64,000 nucleotides of DNA from an uncultured Eubacteriales bacterium (GCA_900319355.1 ONOC01000001.1:2111-66110); one strand, 5' to 3'. Positions 27,811 through 40,147 are shown, counted from the stretch's first letter. The notes: a model not told the origin generated them from the letters alone. Translations and numbers: made by a program.

Positions 27811-28647
27811 ATGGAAAGTCTGGCTGAAGACCTGAAATCGGGCCTTACTGTTAAAACGATTTTTACCATTCCGCTGTTCGGCGGCATCGAAATAAAAGAA
27901 TCCGTCGTCGTCACCTGGGTCGTCATGGGGGTGCTGATTGTGCTCGCGCTGTGGCTCACTCACGGAATGACCGTCAAAAATCCATCGAAGAAGCAGATTT
28001 TTGTCGAGATGGTCGTGTCCAAACTGGATTCGCTCGTCGGAGGCATGCTCGGGCCGAACGCGCAGGAATACACCACCTACCTTGAGACCGTACTCCTTTA
28101 CATCGGCCTTGCGAACATCATGGGCATCTTCGGCTTTGTGCCGCCGGCGAAGGACCTGAACGTCACCGCCGCGCTGGCGCTCATGAGCATCGTGCTGATC
28201 GAGGCCGCCGGCATCCGGGCGCGGAAGGTGAAGGGCTGGCTCCACAGCTTCGCCGAGCCCGTCGCCGTCGTGGTTCCGATCAATATTCTGGAGATCGGCA
28301 TCCGGCCGCTTTCCCTCTGCATGCGTCTGTTCGGAAACGTCCTCGGCTCCTATGTCATCATGACACTGATCGAGCACGTACTTCCGGTTGTGGTTCCGAT
28401 TATTCTGAGTCTCTACTTTGATATCTTCGACGGCTTCATTCAGGCCTACGTCTTCGTCTTCCTGACTTCGCTGTTCATCTCCGAAGCCTGCGAGACGCCG
28501 GAAGCCGAACCGAAAAAGAAGAAAAAATCCCGCCGCAGACACGGCACAGCCGCAGGCACGGAGACCACTCCTGCAGCAGAAAACACGGCAACAACTGCCG
28601 CAGCAGAAAGCACGATAACCGCAGGCACGGTTACCGCTCAGATATAA
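27811..28647 (+). CDS. atpB: ATP synthase Fo subunit a (with a Lys/Thr/Ala-rich C-terminal tail)
   Basis: RPLSLCMRLFGNV, IQAYVFVFLT. Confidence 0.93.
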   Translation: MESLAEDLKSGLTVKTIFTIPLFGGIEIKESVVVTWVVMGVLIVLALWLTHGMTVKNPSKKQIFVEMVVSKLDSLVGGMLGPNAQEYTTYLETVLLYIGLANIMGIFGFVPPAKDLNVTAALALMSIVLIEAAGIRARKVKGWLHSFAEPVAVVVPINILEIGIRPLSLCMRLFGNVLGSYVIMTLIEHVLPVVVPIILSLYFDIFDGFIQAYVFVFLTSLFISEACETPEAEPKKKKKSRRRHGTAAGTETTPAAENTATTAAAESTITAGTVTAQI

Positions 28648-28724
28648 ATATGGAAAGTCCCCGGACTTCCATCTGACCCTGTATACAGAACACTTACTAT
28701 TTTTATTTTTTAACAACGGAGGTA

Positions 28725-28943
28725 ATGAATATGGCAGCACTTGGCGCAGGTATTGCAGCTCTGGCCTGCATCGGAGCAGGTATTTCCATCGGTATCGCAA
28801 CGGCTCATGCCGTAGACGCAATCGCACGTCAGCCGGAAGCAGATTCCAAGATCACCCGTAACCTGGTACTTGGATGCGCCCTTGCGGAGGCAACCGCAAT
28901 TTACGGCTTCGTCATCGGTATCATGATTATTATGATGTCGTAA
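28725..28943 (+). CDS. atpE: ATP synthase Fo subunit c
   Basis: ARQPEA loop, LAEATAIYG. Confidence 0.95.
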   Translation: MNMAALGAGIAALACIGAGISIGIATAHAVDAIARQPEADSKITRNLVLGCALAEATAIYGFVIGIMIIMMS

Positions 28944-28978
28944 GCCGCACAGCAGACGGAAAGGAAAAAGGAGCAGTT

Positions 28979-29467
28979 ATGCTGGAACTGGACATCAACC
29001 TGGTCTTTATCATCATCGACCTTCTGATTCTGTACTTCATTCTGAAGAAGTTTCTGTTCGGCCGTGTCCGCAACATCATGGCAGAGCGCAAAAAACAGAT
29101 CGATGATTCATACGCTGAAGTCGACGCGAAAAAGAAAGAAGCCGAAGATCTGAAGGCGCAGTATGAGCAGGAAGTGGCGTCGATTCAACAGACAAAAGAA
29201 GACAGTCTGCAGAAGGCCCGCAAAGACGCTACCGCGGAATATGACCGCATCGTAGCCGATGCGCGCACCCGTTCCGACGCGATTCTCGAGGAAACCCGCA
29301 GAAAGTCAGAGGCGCAGAGCGCACAGGCCAGACAGAGGGCGGAGGATGAAATTTCCTCCATGGTCAAGAAGGCTGCGGCAAAAATCGCCGAATCCGAGAG
29401 CGACAGGTCTCTCTATAACGCCTTCCTGGATCAGACGGAGAAAGAATCTTCCGCAGAACAGAAGTAA
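28979..29467 (+). CDS. atpF: ATP synthase Fo subunit b
   Basis: N-terminal TM helix plus coiled coil; operon position. Confidence 0.9.
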   Translation: MLELDINLVFIIIDLLILYFILKKFLFGRVRNIMAERKKQIDDSYAEVDAKKKEAEDLKAQYEQEVASIQQTKEDSLQKARKDATAEYDRIVADARTRSDAILEETRRKSEAQSAQARQRAEDEISSMVKKAAAKIAESESDRSLYNAFLDQTEKESSAEQK

Positions 29468-29491
29468 TACCCCGGCTTAAATGAGGCAGAC

Positions 29492-31279
29492 ATGAGTGAA
29501 ATGAGCGAAAAAAAGCCGGTTCACGCGGTCCTGAGGTGTGCAACCCCGCCGGACGCGGACCAGCTGGAACGTTTTGAACGATTTTTAAAGAAAAAATACA
29601 GCACCGATGAGGTTGAACTGGAGACGAAGGTCGATCCTTCCATCCACGGCGGCTTCATTCTTCAGATCGGATCCACCGAATACGACTGGTCGACCAGCGG
29701 ACGCACCCGTCAGTTTGAAAGCCAGATTGACGCGGCGCGGGAGAATGCGGCGAAAAATCACAGCAGCGATGATATCATGACCATCCTGAAAGGGGCGGTC
29801 GCAGATTTTCAGCTGGCTGCGAAGGAAAGTGAAGTCGGCTTCGTGGAGACGGCCGGAGACGGCATCGTCCGGATCAGCGGACTGGATCACGCGCAGTACG
29901 GCGAGATCGTCGTCTTCGAAAACGGCGTCCGCGGCATGGTCCAGAACATTACCGATGACGGCATCGGCGCCATCCTCTTCGATGAGGAGGGCACGATCGG
30001 TGAGGGTACCCGTGTGACGGCAACCGGCAAGCGCGCCGGCATTCCCGTCAGCGAGAATTATATCGGGCGCGTGGTCAATGCGCTCGGCGCACCGATCGAC
30101 GGAGGCGATCCGATTCAGGCGAGCGATTACCGCCCGATCGAGGAACCGGCCCCCGGCATTGTGGACAGAAAATCCGTCGGTGTGCCCCTGGAGACCGGCA
30201 TTCTCTCCATCGATTCGATGTTTCCGATCGGCCGCGGCCAGCGTGAGCTGATCATCGGCGACCGTCAGACCGGAAAAACCTCGATCGCACTTGACACGAT
30301 CCTGAACCAGAAGGGAAAGAGCTGCATCTGCATCTATGTGGCGATCGGCCAGAAGGCTTCGACCGTTGCCAGTCTCGTGAATACCCTGAAGGAACATGAC
30401 GCCATGAGCTATACGACCGTCATGGTTTCCACCGCGGCAGACCCGGCACCGATGCAGTATATCGCGCCTTACGCCGCAACCTCTCTGGCAGAGTATTTCA
30501 TGCATCAGGGAAAAGACGTGCTGATTGTCTATGACGATCTCTCGAAACACGCGGTTGCCTACCGTGCCCTCTCGCTGCTCCTCGGCAGAAGCCCGGGCCG
30601 TGAGGCATACCCCGGCGACGTCTTCTATCTGCACTCAAGACTGCTTGAGCGCAGTTCGCGTCTTTCCGATAAACTCGGCGGCGGCTCCATCACCGCACTG
30701 CCAATCATCGAGACGCAGGACGGCGACGTGTCGGCATACATTCCGACCAACGTCATATCCATCACTGACGGACAGATTTTTCTCGAGAGTGACCTGTTCT
30801 TCGAAGGACAGCGCCCCGCCGTCAATGTAGGACTTTCCGTATCCCGTGTGGGCGGCGCCGCACAGACGCAGGCCATGAAAAAAGCGGCCGGATCGCTCCG
30901 TATCGACCTCGCGCAGTACCGCGAGATGGAGGTCTTCACCCAGTTCTCTTCGGATCTGGATGATGCGACCAAGAACCAGCTGAAACAGGGGCATGTGCTG
31001 ATGGAGCTTCTGAAGCAGCCGCTCGGGCATCCGCTCTCCCTTTCCGAGGAGGTCGTCACGCTGACGGCCGGCGTCGGTAAGAAGCTGATCGATGTGGCCC
31101 CCGAAGACGTAAAGGACTGCCAGAACGCACTCCTCGCCTTTTTCCATGAAAAGCACGAGGATCTGATGAAAAATATTGAAAATACCGGACGGCTCGACGA
31201 TGAGGCCAAAGGCCTGATTCTGAAGTACACCGACGAGTTCCTGGCATCGCGGAAGAAGACGACTGCGGATACTCAGTAA
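29492..31279 (+). CDS. atpA: ATP synthase F1 alpha with N-terminally fused delta/OSCP C-domain
   Basis: GRGQRELIIGDRQTGKT, PGREAYPGDVFYLHSRLLER; N-terminal KVDPSIHGGFILQIGSTEYDWS is delta-like. Confidence 0.95.
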   Translation: MSEMSEKKPVHAVLRCATPPDADQLERFERFLKKKYSTDEVELETKVDPSIHGGFILQIGSTEYDWSTSGRTRQFESQIDAARENAAKNHSSDDIMTILKGAVADFQLAAKESEVGFVETAGDGIVRISGLDHAQYGEIVVFENGVRGMVQNITDDGIGAILFDEEGTIGEGTRVTATGKRAGIPVSENYIGRVVNALGAPIDGGDPIQASDYRPIEEPAPGIVDRKSVGVPLETGILSIDSMFPIGRGQRELIIGDRQTGKTSIALDTILNQKGKSCICIYVAIGQKASTVASLVNTLKEHDAMSYTTVMVSTAADPAPMQYIAPYAATSLAEYFMHQGKDVLIVYDDLSKHAVAYRALSLLLGRSPGREAYPGDVFYLHSRLLERSSRLSDKLGGGSITALPIIETQDGDVSAYIPTNVISITDGQIFLESDLFFEGQRPAVNVGLSVSRVGGAAQTQAMKKAAGSLRIDLAQYREMEVFTQFSSDLDDATKNQLKQGHVLMELLKQPLGHPLSLSEEVVTLTAGVGKKLIDVAPEDVKDCQNALLAFFHEKHEDLMKNIENTGRLDDEAKGLILKYTDEFLASRKKTTADTQ

Positions 31280-31292
31280 TGAATACATGTCA

Positions 31293-31579
31293 GGGCCGTG
31301 CGCGGATACTTCCATCCGCGACGCGCTCGCGCTTGTCCTCGACGCAGCGGTGCTAAGTTCATCCTTCGCTGCCGCTCGGATTCACCAAGCACCGGCGTCT
31401 GCGGATGTCGCGTATGGAAGTATCCCGCGTACGGCCTGCCGGATGGCTGAGATACCGCAGCAGCATGATACTGTGTATGAACCTGCCGGTTTGCTGAGAT
31501 GCCGCAGTACTGTATAAGCTACGGATTGCTCCGTGCTTCGCGTGTGACGAGTCCGTCTGCGCTTCGAAGAGCTTATACA
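31293..31579. repeat. Structured intergenic element: ~145-nt inverted repeat plus a second ~70-nt hairpin (REP/MITE-like)
   Basis: GGCCGTGCGCGGATACTTCCATCCGCGAC pairs with GTCGCGTATGGAAGTATCCCGCGTACGGCC; TGTATAAGCT pairs with AGCTTATACA. Confidence 0.65.
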
Positions 31580-31601
31580 ATAAGAAATTCAGGTGACAAC
31601 T

Positions 31602-33955
<2,354 letters not shown>

Positions 33956-33982
33956 GCAGGATAAGTCGAGGGGCGGAAAGAT

Positions 33983-34405
33983 ATGGCAAATAAGTCTCAC
34001 ACCTTTTATCTTCAGGTGATCGCGACCGAAAAAACTTATTTCAGGGGAAGGGTTTCTTCCCTGAACGTTCAGGCAGAAGACGGCCGGCGCCAGTTCCTCG
34101 CTCATCACGCGGATACCACCCTGGCCACGGTTCCGGGCGAACTGGACATTGTCACGGAGAACGGTGAGCGCCTCAGCGCCGTCGCCGGCTTCGGCACCGT
34201 CATGTTCGCCAACAACCGTGCGATGATGCTGGCGGAAACCTGCGAGACACCGGACGAACTGGACCGCCGCCGTGCAGAGGAAGCGCTCGACCGAGCGAAG
34301 GAGCGCCTCCGTCAGAAGCAGAGTCTCCGCGAGTACCGCATGACGCAGGCAGCCATGGCGAGAGCCCTGTCAAGACTGAAGTTCAAGGGCAGGGAAATGC
34401 ACTGA
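33983..34405 (+). CDS. atpC: ATP synthase F1 epsilon
   Basis: LAHHA, DELDRRRAEEA...RALSRL; last gene of the operon. Confidence 0.92.
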   Translation: MANKSHTFYLQVIATEKTYFRGRVSSLNVQAEDGRRQFLAHHADTTLATVPGELDIVTENGERLSAVAGFGTVMFANNRAMMLAETCETPDELDRRRAEEALDRAKERLRQKQSLREYRMTQAAMARALSRLKFKGREMH

Positions 34406-35093
34406 GCATCTCCAGCGTCCGGGCCTTCAGATCCGCTGCGGCGGCCCTGATATCCGGTCTGGCAAAGACAGCGGAAATCACGGAGATGCCGACGATACCC
34501 GTTCCTGCCAGCGCCGTCACGTTGTCGCGGGTAATGCCGCCGATGGCGATCACGGGGATGGATACCGCCTCGCAGATGGCCTTCAGTGTCTCATGGCTGA
34601 CGACCTCCGCATCATCCTTCGACGAAGTCGGAAAAACCGCGCCGACGCCGAGATAGTCAGCACCTCGCTTTTCAGCAAGCAGCGCCTCCTCCACCGTTCC
34701 GGCAGAAACACCGAGAATCCGGTGAGGACCGATTTTTTCACGGACCGTTCCCGCTTCCATATCACTCTGTCCCACATGCACACCGTCGGCACCGCAGGCC
34801 AGTGCCAGATCCACATCATCATCAATGATAAAGGGCACCCTGCGTTCGTGACACAGGTCACGGATTTCCACGGCCTCCTTCAGAAGTTCCTCATGCGTCA
34901 GAGGATGCTCCGTATCCTTTTCCCGAAGCTGTACAAACGTCATGCCGCCGTCCAGGCACGCGCGGACGTCATCGACCAGTCTGCGTCCGTTCAGCCAGTG
35001 CCGGTCCGTCACCGCATAGCAGCGCAGCGTCTCCGGATCAAAATCCACGCAGCGCACCGGCTGTTCTGTATTTTTCCCGTTCATTGTGCTCAT
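34383..35093 (-). CDS. thiE: Thiamine-phosphate synthase
   Basis: VQLREK, IIDDDVDLA, GVHVGQSD, AIGGI. Confidence 0.93.
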   Translation of the reverse strand: MSTMNGKNTEQPVRCVDFDPETLRCYAVTDRHWLNGRRLVDDVRACLDGGMTFVQLREKDTEHPLTHEELLKEAVEIRDLCHERRVPFIIDDDVDLALACGADGVHVGQSDMEAGTVREKIGPHRILGVSAGTVEEALLAEKRGADYLGVGAVFPTSSKDDAEVVSHETLKAICEAVSIPVIAIGGITRDNVTALAGTGIVGISVISAVFARPDIRAAAADLKARTLEMLSAFPCP

Positions 35094-35094
35094 C

Positions 35095-35340
35095 TCCGTA
35101 TCTTCATGCTGATCTCAGCATCTCTATACTTATCTCCGCATCTCTATGCCAGTCGGTGTATCTCTCCGGGCTGTACTGCTCCCGTATCTCTCCGGGCAGC
35201 ATCTCTCCCGTTTTCCATGGGCTGTACTTCTCACGTATCTCTCCGGGTTGTACTCCTCCCGTTTTCTCTGACATTGTTTCTCTTACATTGGCATTTCCGC
35301 CTGTAATACCGGACTTACCGTATCTCGTTACCGTATCTCG
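35095..35340. repeat. Degenerate tandem repeats between thiM and thiE (51-bp unit x2 plus CGTATCTC copies)
   Basis: GGGCTGTACT...CGTATCTCTCCGGG starts at 35168 and again at 35219. Confidence 0.7.
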
Positions 35341-36149
35341 TATACTGCCATGCTGTCGAGCGTCTTCCCGTCCATGTTGCAGATGGCATCGATGATCCTG
35401 TTCCGGTAGGTTGCGTTGCCGTCGCCTTCCTGCATATGCGACCATCCGACCTCGCCGGAAGCTCCCATGAGCACGACGGCCGCCGCCGCTGCTGCAAGCG
35501 CATTGTCCCGGTTGGCCGCGACATAAGCGGTCATGATCCCGGAGAGCTGACAGCCGGTTCCGGTGATCCTGCTCATCTCTGGACGGCCGTTCCGGATAAC
35601 AAAGCAGCGCTGCGGATCCGCCACGAGATCGATGGCACCGGTGATCGACACAATCGTATGAAAAGCAGCCGCACATTTTTTCGCAAACTCTGCCATTGAG
35701 TCCAGATTTTCATCCGTCACCGCATCCGCCGCGTCGGCGTCCACGCCCTTTGTCGTCGAGCTGCCTGTCGTGAGCGCTTTGATCTCCGACATATTGCCGC
35801 GGATCACATCGAATTGCAGCGAATCAGCCAGTTCCACGGCCGTCTGCGTACGAAGCCGGCTTGCTCCCGCTCCGACCGGATCCAGCAGCAGCGTATGATG
35901 GAGCGCCAGCGCTCTCTCACCCGCTATATGCATCGATCCCACCGTCCTTTTATTCAGCGTTCCGATGTTGATATTCAGGCCGTCACAGATCGTCTGAATA
36001 TCCTCCACTTCGTCCGGCTCATCCGCCATAATCGGACTGGCGCCGCAGGCCAGCTCCGCATTGGCCACGTCATTCACCGTCACATAATTCGTAATATTGT
36101 GGATCAGCGGCGATTTTTTCCTCACATGCTCAAGACACTCAGCAAACAT
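35328..36149 (-). CDS. thiM: Hydroxyethylthiazole kinase
   Basis: PLIHNITNYVTVNDVAN, NIGTL, LDPVGAG, ITGTGC. Confidence 0.94.
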   Translation of the reverse strand: MFAECLEHVRKKSPLIHNITNYVTVNDVANAELACGASPIMADEPDEVEDIQTICDGLNINIGTLNKRTVGSMHIAGERALALHHTLLLDPVGAGASRLRTQTAVELADSLQFDVIRGNMSEIKALTTGSSTTKGVDADAADAVTDENLDSMAEFAKKCAAAFHTIVSITGAIDLVADPQRCFVIRNGRPEMSRITGTGCQLSGIMTAYVAANRDNALAAAAAAVVLMGASGEVGWSHMQEGDGNATYRNRIIDAICNMDGKTLDSMAVYEIR

Positions 36150-36252
36150 CTCTTACTCCTGTTCCGGAAGCAGCCTCATAGATAAATGCTGTTTCCTGTC
36201 AGAAAAAGGACACGCTGCCATAAAAGTATGTCCTTAAAAAATCTGCACCCCT

Positions 36253-36831
36253 TCACCCCGAAGCCAGCTTCAGCCACATGCGCATCTTCGACAGCACCCT
36301 GGCCTTGTCCAGCGCCAGGAGAACACTGTATATAATAACCGTATCCATCGGAAGCTGAATCAGGTTGGCAATCGCGCGTGCGGGCAGAATCGCCATGAAC
36401 GACTTGCCGTACAGCATGCAGCTCCATGCCGTATTCATACCCATATTCACAAATACCTTGATCAGCAGTTCCGCAGTAAAAATCCTCGCCAGGGAAAGCC
36501 TGTGTCCGTGCCTTCCGTGTGTAACTGCGCCGAAGATCAGACTCCCGCAGACAGCAGAAAGCGTGAAGCCCGGAAAAAACGGACCGTCAGGCTGCAGCAG
36601 GTATTTCACCGCATCCATCACACCGCCGAAAAGCGCGCCGATAAACGGTCCGAGCAGGAAATCCGTCAGGCGGTTCGGCAGATCCGAAATACCCACGCGG
36701 AGATAACTCGTAATGTGGATCGTTCCGACGTACGACAGGACGACCGCCAGAGCTCCCATGAGTCCGAGAAACACAATAAGCTGAACAGAAAATGTCGATC
36801 CTGATCTCCTGCTGCCGGTTCTTTCAGTCAT
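36253..36831 (-). CDS. folT: Folate ECF transporter S component
   Basis: ~6 TM helices, PDGPFFPGFTLSA; THF riboswitch upstream. Confidence 0.88.
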   Translation of the reverse strand: MTERTGSRRSGSTFSVQLIVFLGLMGALAVVLSYVGTIHITSYLRVGISDLPNRLTDFLLGPFIGALFGGVMDAVKYLLQPDGPFFPGFTLSAVCGSLIFGAVTHGRHGHRLSLARIFTAELLIKVFVNMGMNTAWSCMLYGKSFMAILPARAIANLIQLPMDTVIIYSVLLALDKARVLSKMRMWLKLASG

Positions 36832-36897
36832 AAAAATACCTCCTTATGCAGTTGTCTCGTCTAACTACATAAGAAGGATTTCCGTCCAGCCTATGCA

Positions 36898-36997
36898 GCA
36901 GCGGGATGCGAACTCTCCACCGCGGGCACCTCATGCCCTTCGTCCAGATGACAACTCCCTGTTCATCCGGCACTTTACGCGAAAAATCCTACTCTGC
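36898..36997 (-). ncRNA. THF riboswitch
   Basis: Minus strand GCAGAGTAG...CGCGTAAAGTG...GGGAGTTG...ACGAAG...GCGGT...GCATCCCGCTGC matches the THF aptamer; upstream of folT. Confidence 0.9.
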
Positions 36998-37079
36998 CTT
37001 GCCGTATCTTACCTTACAGATAATAACAGCTTCATAATAACAACTTCATTGTAGCTGTTCTGCGTTTAAAGTCAATCTC

Positions 37080-38201
37080 TCAGTTTTCCGGCGGAACAGA
37101 GGCCCTCGAGCCTCTCTCCGTGCTTCTCTTGTACGCATACATGATTTCATCGGCACGGTCCATCATCGCTTCCGTCGACTCTCCTTCTTTCCGTCCCGCA
37201 ACACCGAAAGAAAAATCCAGCGGAAAATCACCGTACTTCGAATCACACTTCGGCCAGGCAGCGATCTGTTCAAGCTTCTGCTGCACCTCTTCATCCGGCA
37301 GCACCGTGATAAATAAAAATTCATCACCGCCGGTCCGGTAAAATTCACCGAATTCCTTCAGCGCGTCATTCATTGTGAGCGCAAAGGCACGCAAATACTG
37401 ATCTCCGACCCTGTGTCCGTACCTGTCATTAAACACTTTCAGGTGATTCAGGTCAAATGACACCACGGTCATCTGCCTGTTTCTCATCCGGTAAAGTTCC
37501 CTCGCAAAAGCGTTCCTGTTCTGCAGCCCGGTCACAGGATCATGATTGTCGTAAATGTGGGTGACCGCGAGATAAAGCATAAGAAGGGCAATCGAGCAGC
37601 AGATCCAGACCGTATCAATCTCGGACGTGACATAACTGCCAGTCAGTCCGATTCCCAGCATAACGATCACAAAGATGATCAGAAAGCGGTCCTCTCTGTC
37701 GATGCGGTACGTATGCGCGAAATCATGAAACAGAACATAGGGAATCAGAATATCATAAATCAGATAGATCCAGACCACATTCGACGTGTATACCATCTTG
37801 AACGTTTTTTTATGGTGAAAAATAATCGGATACCGGATATTCAGGAGATTCAGAAGAATCAGCAGACAGCAGACCGAAATCGAAATCCAGTCCCCGATAT
37901 CCTTCATATCCTCATGAAATATGATGACAAAAATCAGCGCCGCCGGTGCGAGAGCAAATTCAACGCTCGCAATCGTGTTCAGCAGATTCGCCGTCTTCAT
38001 CGTCGTCTCGCCCATCCAGTAATAATATGTCCATACTTCGTCGAGAAAAAGAATCATGATGAGCGTACTGCCCGCCCCGATAAAGCTTCTCCGTGCTCTT
38101 CCGGAGAAAACCGGGTTTGCATGCATGCGGATCCATATATAGATGACGATCGCCACACAGATCAGATCTGAATAAGCAATGTAATAAAGCATACTCTGCA
38201 T
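37080..38201 (-). CDS. Membrane-bound diguanylate cyclase
   Basis: Multiple TM helices, DPVTGLQNR, DLNHLKVFNDRYGH, GGDEF. Confidence 0.9.
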   Translation of the reverse strand: MQSMLYYIAYSDLICVAIVIYIWIRMHANPVFSGRARRSFIGAGSTLIMILFLDEVWTYYYWMGETTMKTANLLNTIASVEFALAPAALIFVIIFHEDMKDIGDWISISVCCLLILLNLLNIRYPIIFHHKKTFKMVYTSNVVWIYLIYDILIPYVLFHDFAHTYRIDREDRFLIIFVIVMLGIGLTGSYVTSEIDTVWICCSIALLMLYLAVTHIYDNHDPVTGLQNRNAFARELYRMRNRQMTVVSFDLNHLKVFNDRYGHRVGDQYLRAFALTMNDALKEFGEFYRTGGDEFLFITVLPDEEVQQKLEQIAAWPKCDSKYGDFPLDFSFGVAGRKEGESTEAMMDRADEIMYAYKRSTERGSRASVPPEN

Positions 38202-38362
38202 ATCCTTTCAGGAAAAACAACCATACAGATACATTCTACCCACACAGCTTCTAAAAAATCAATGCTTTCATCTTATGACGCCCGTTAATTAGTTTCCGTT
38301 CAAACGCTACTGAACCCCTTTGCGTGCGACAGTGGCTGACAATGAGTGAACAATAACGAAAG

Positions 38363-39541
38363 TTACTCCATCATCTTCTTCAGCCAGAGCCCGGTTTCAG
38401 ACAGGTCATCGTCCGTCCAGCCTCCGTTAACCTTTGTCACCTCCGGTTTCAGCAGCGCAGAGGTCTCATTTTTATTGCAGAGGCTCCATCCCGCATAGCT
38501 CAGGTTATTCTCCACGATCAGCTTTTTCCATGCCGCCGCCGAATCATAGTCCACGCCGCCGTTTCCGGAGGCGTCGCAGATGCTGAACTCGCTGATAAAG
38601 ACAGGCAGTCCGCTCTTCCGTGCGGAGATGAGTCTGTTTCTCAGATCCTCCTTATGCGTTGCCGCATAAAAGTGCATGGCGTACATGATATTGTCATATG
38701 TCGAAATCGGATCGGCCGCCGCTTTGTCTACCTCCTGTGACCACGTCGGTGTGCCGACGATGATAATCGAATCCGGATCATTCGCCCGGATGACCGGGAT
38801 CACCCGTTCCGCATAGGCCTTAATGTCGCTCCACGACGTGCCGCCGTTCGGCTCGTTGCAGATCTCATAGAGCACATTCCCGTTATCTGCGTATTTCTTC
38901 GACATTCTCCCGAAAAAATCCACGGCCTGATCTTCATATTTCAGCGGTGTGAGGTCAGAAAGTACATGCCAGTCAATAATCACATACATGCCGAGATCCG
39001 TCGCTGCCTTCACGCCCGTGTCGATCGTCTTCTCCAGCGCCTGCCGGTCGCCGTCCGTACAGTATCCGCCGCTCTCCGCCGTATACATGGCAAGCCTTAC
39101 GAGACTGGCGCCCCAGTCATCGCGGAGCGTGCGGAAAGCGTCCTCATTGACATACTGCGGAAACCACGCGAGACCGTGCGTACTCACGCCCTTCAGCTGA
39201 TACGCCTTTCCCTTCTCATCCATAAGGTCAGCGCCGTCCACAGACAGAACGCCGTGATTTTCAAACGGCGTACCCTTCGTATCTGCCGCCGCCAGCTCCT
39301 TCGTTACACCGCTTCCGGCCTTTGCTCTGCTTCCGCTTTCCGCAGCAGAAATTCTGGCATCTCTCCATGATTTTTCCTGATCATCCGTCATCTTCTCAGC
39401 TTCCCCGGTCTCCTCATCAACCAGATACGTGCCCGCCAGATCCGGCTTCTCCTCCGCAGAAAAAATCACCCCGATGTCGCTGACCGATGCGCCGTCATCC
39501 ACCTCATTCTTCCTGTCACGTTCTGTAAAATACCAATTCAT
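38363..39541 (-). CDS. GH5 endoglucanase (possibly 5'-truncated)
   Basis: GVSTHGLAWF, IIDWH, YEICNEP, HFYA, FISEF. Confidence 0.88.
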   Translation of the reverse strand: MNWYFTERDRKNEVDDGASVSDIGVIFSAEEKPDLAGTYLVDEETGEAEKMTDDQEKSWRDARISAAESGSRAKAGSGVTKELAAADTKGTPFENHGVLSVDGADLMDEKGKAYQLKGVSTHGLAWFPQYVNEDAFRTLRDDWGASLVRLAMYTAESGGYCTDGDRQALEKTIDTGVKAATDLGMYVIIDWHVLSDLTPLKYEDQAVDFFGRMSKKYADNGNVLYEICNEPNGGTSWSDIKAYAERVIPVIRANDPDSIIIVGTPTWSQEVDKAAADPISTYDNIMYAMHFYAATHKEDLRNRLISARKSGLPVFISEFSICDASGNGGVDYDSAAAWKKLIVENNLSYAGWSLCNKNETSALLKPEVTKVNGGWTDDDLSETGLWLKKMME

Positions 39542-39823
39542 GCCGGCTTATTCCGGCTCGACATCATCTTAATCCCCGGTTCATCCACGCTTGAATGAAT
39601 TACCTGTATTGAATAAGTTCAACCGCATTTTATCATTACATCTCTGTCTGTGTCACTCATATCCAGTTTTCTCTGGTTATCCATATGATTATCCACATCT
39701 GCCGTTTATCTGCCATGGACAGTGCATAACATACGCTTTCGGCCACGAGTAATACATCCGGGGCGGCTGTCGTACAACAACGAAGTCATACAGCGAACAT
39801 ATCCGCGGCAGGCTTCATCTGAC

Positions 39824-39862
39824 AAAAAAAGAGCCGGGCTGACATCATCTGCCAGCCCGGCC
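39824..39862 (-). terminator. Terminator of the feo operon
   Basis: GCCGGGCTG...CAGCCCGGC hairpin followed by a T-tract on the minus strand. Confidence 0.7.
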
Positions 39863-39895
39863 CGTCAACCGCCCGGAAAGCGGTCATCTGGAGGA

Positions 39896-40123
39896 TCAGA
39901 GTTCCTTCTCCTCGACATCGGTCATCGTATATCCGATATTCGTGATACCCTTCCGGAGCGCCTCTTCATTCAGCCGCCTCTCCGTCCGGAACGTCGCCAG
40001 ATTTTTTCTTCTGGACGCCTTGACCTTCTTTGCATCAGGTACGTATTTCCGGATCGTGTCCGAAATGTGCGCTTCGCACATGCCGCACATCATTCCATCA
40101 ACACCCACTTTATACTCATACAT
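39896..40123 (-). CDS. Heavy-metal-associated (CopZ-like) protein
   Basis: GMMCGMCEAHI motif. Confidence 0.85.
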   Translation of the reverse strand: MYEYKVGVDGMMCGMCEAHISDTIRKYVPDAKKVKASRRKNLATFRTERRLNEEALRKGITNIGYTMTDVEEKEL

Positions 40124-40147
40124 GAAATACACCTCTTAACTTATTTT

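Noticed and set aside
35104-35676. 190-aa ORF with GEIRE repeats
   Set aside because: Mostly overlaps thiM out of frame; the repeats reflect the intergenic duplication
38280-38360. c-di-GMP riboswitch upstream of the GGDEF gene
   Set aside because: Only ACGCAAAG matches; no GGCAAA/GAAA P2 stem
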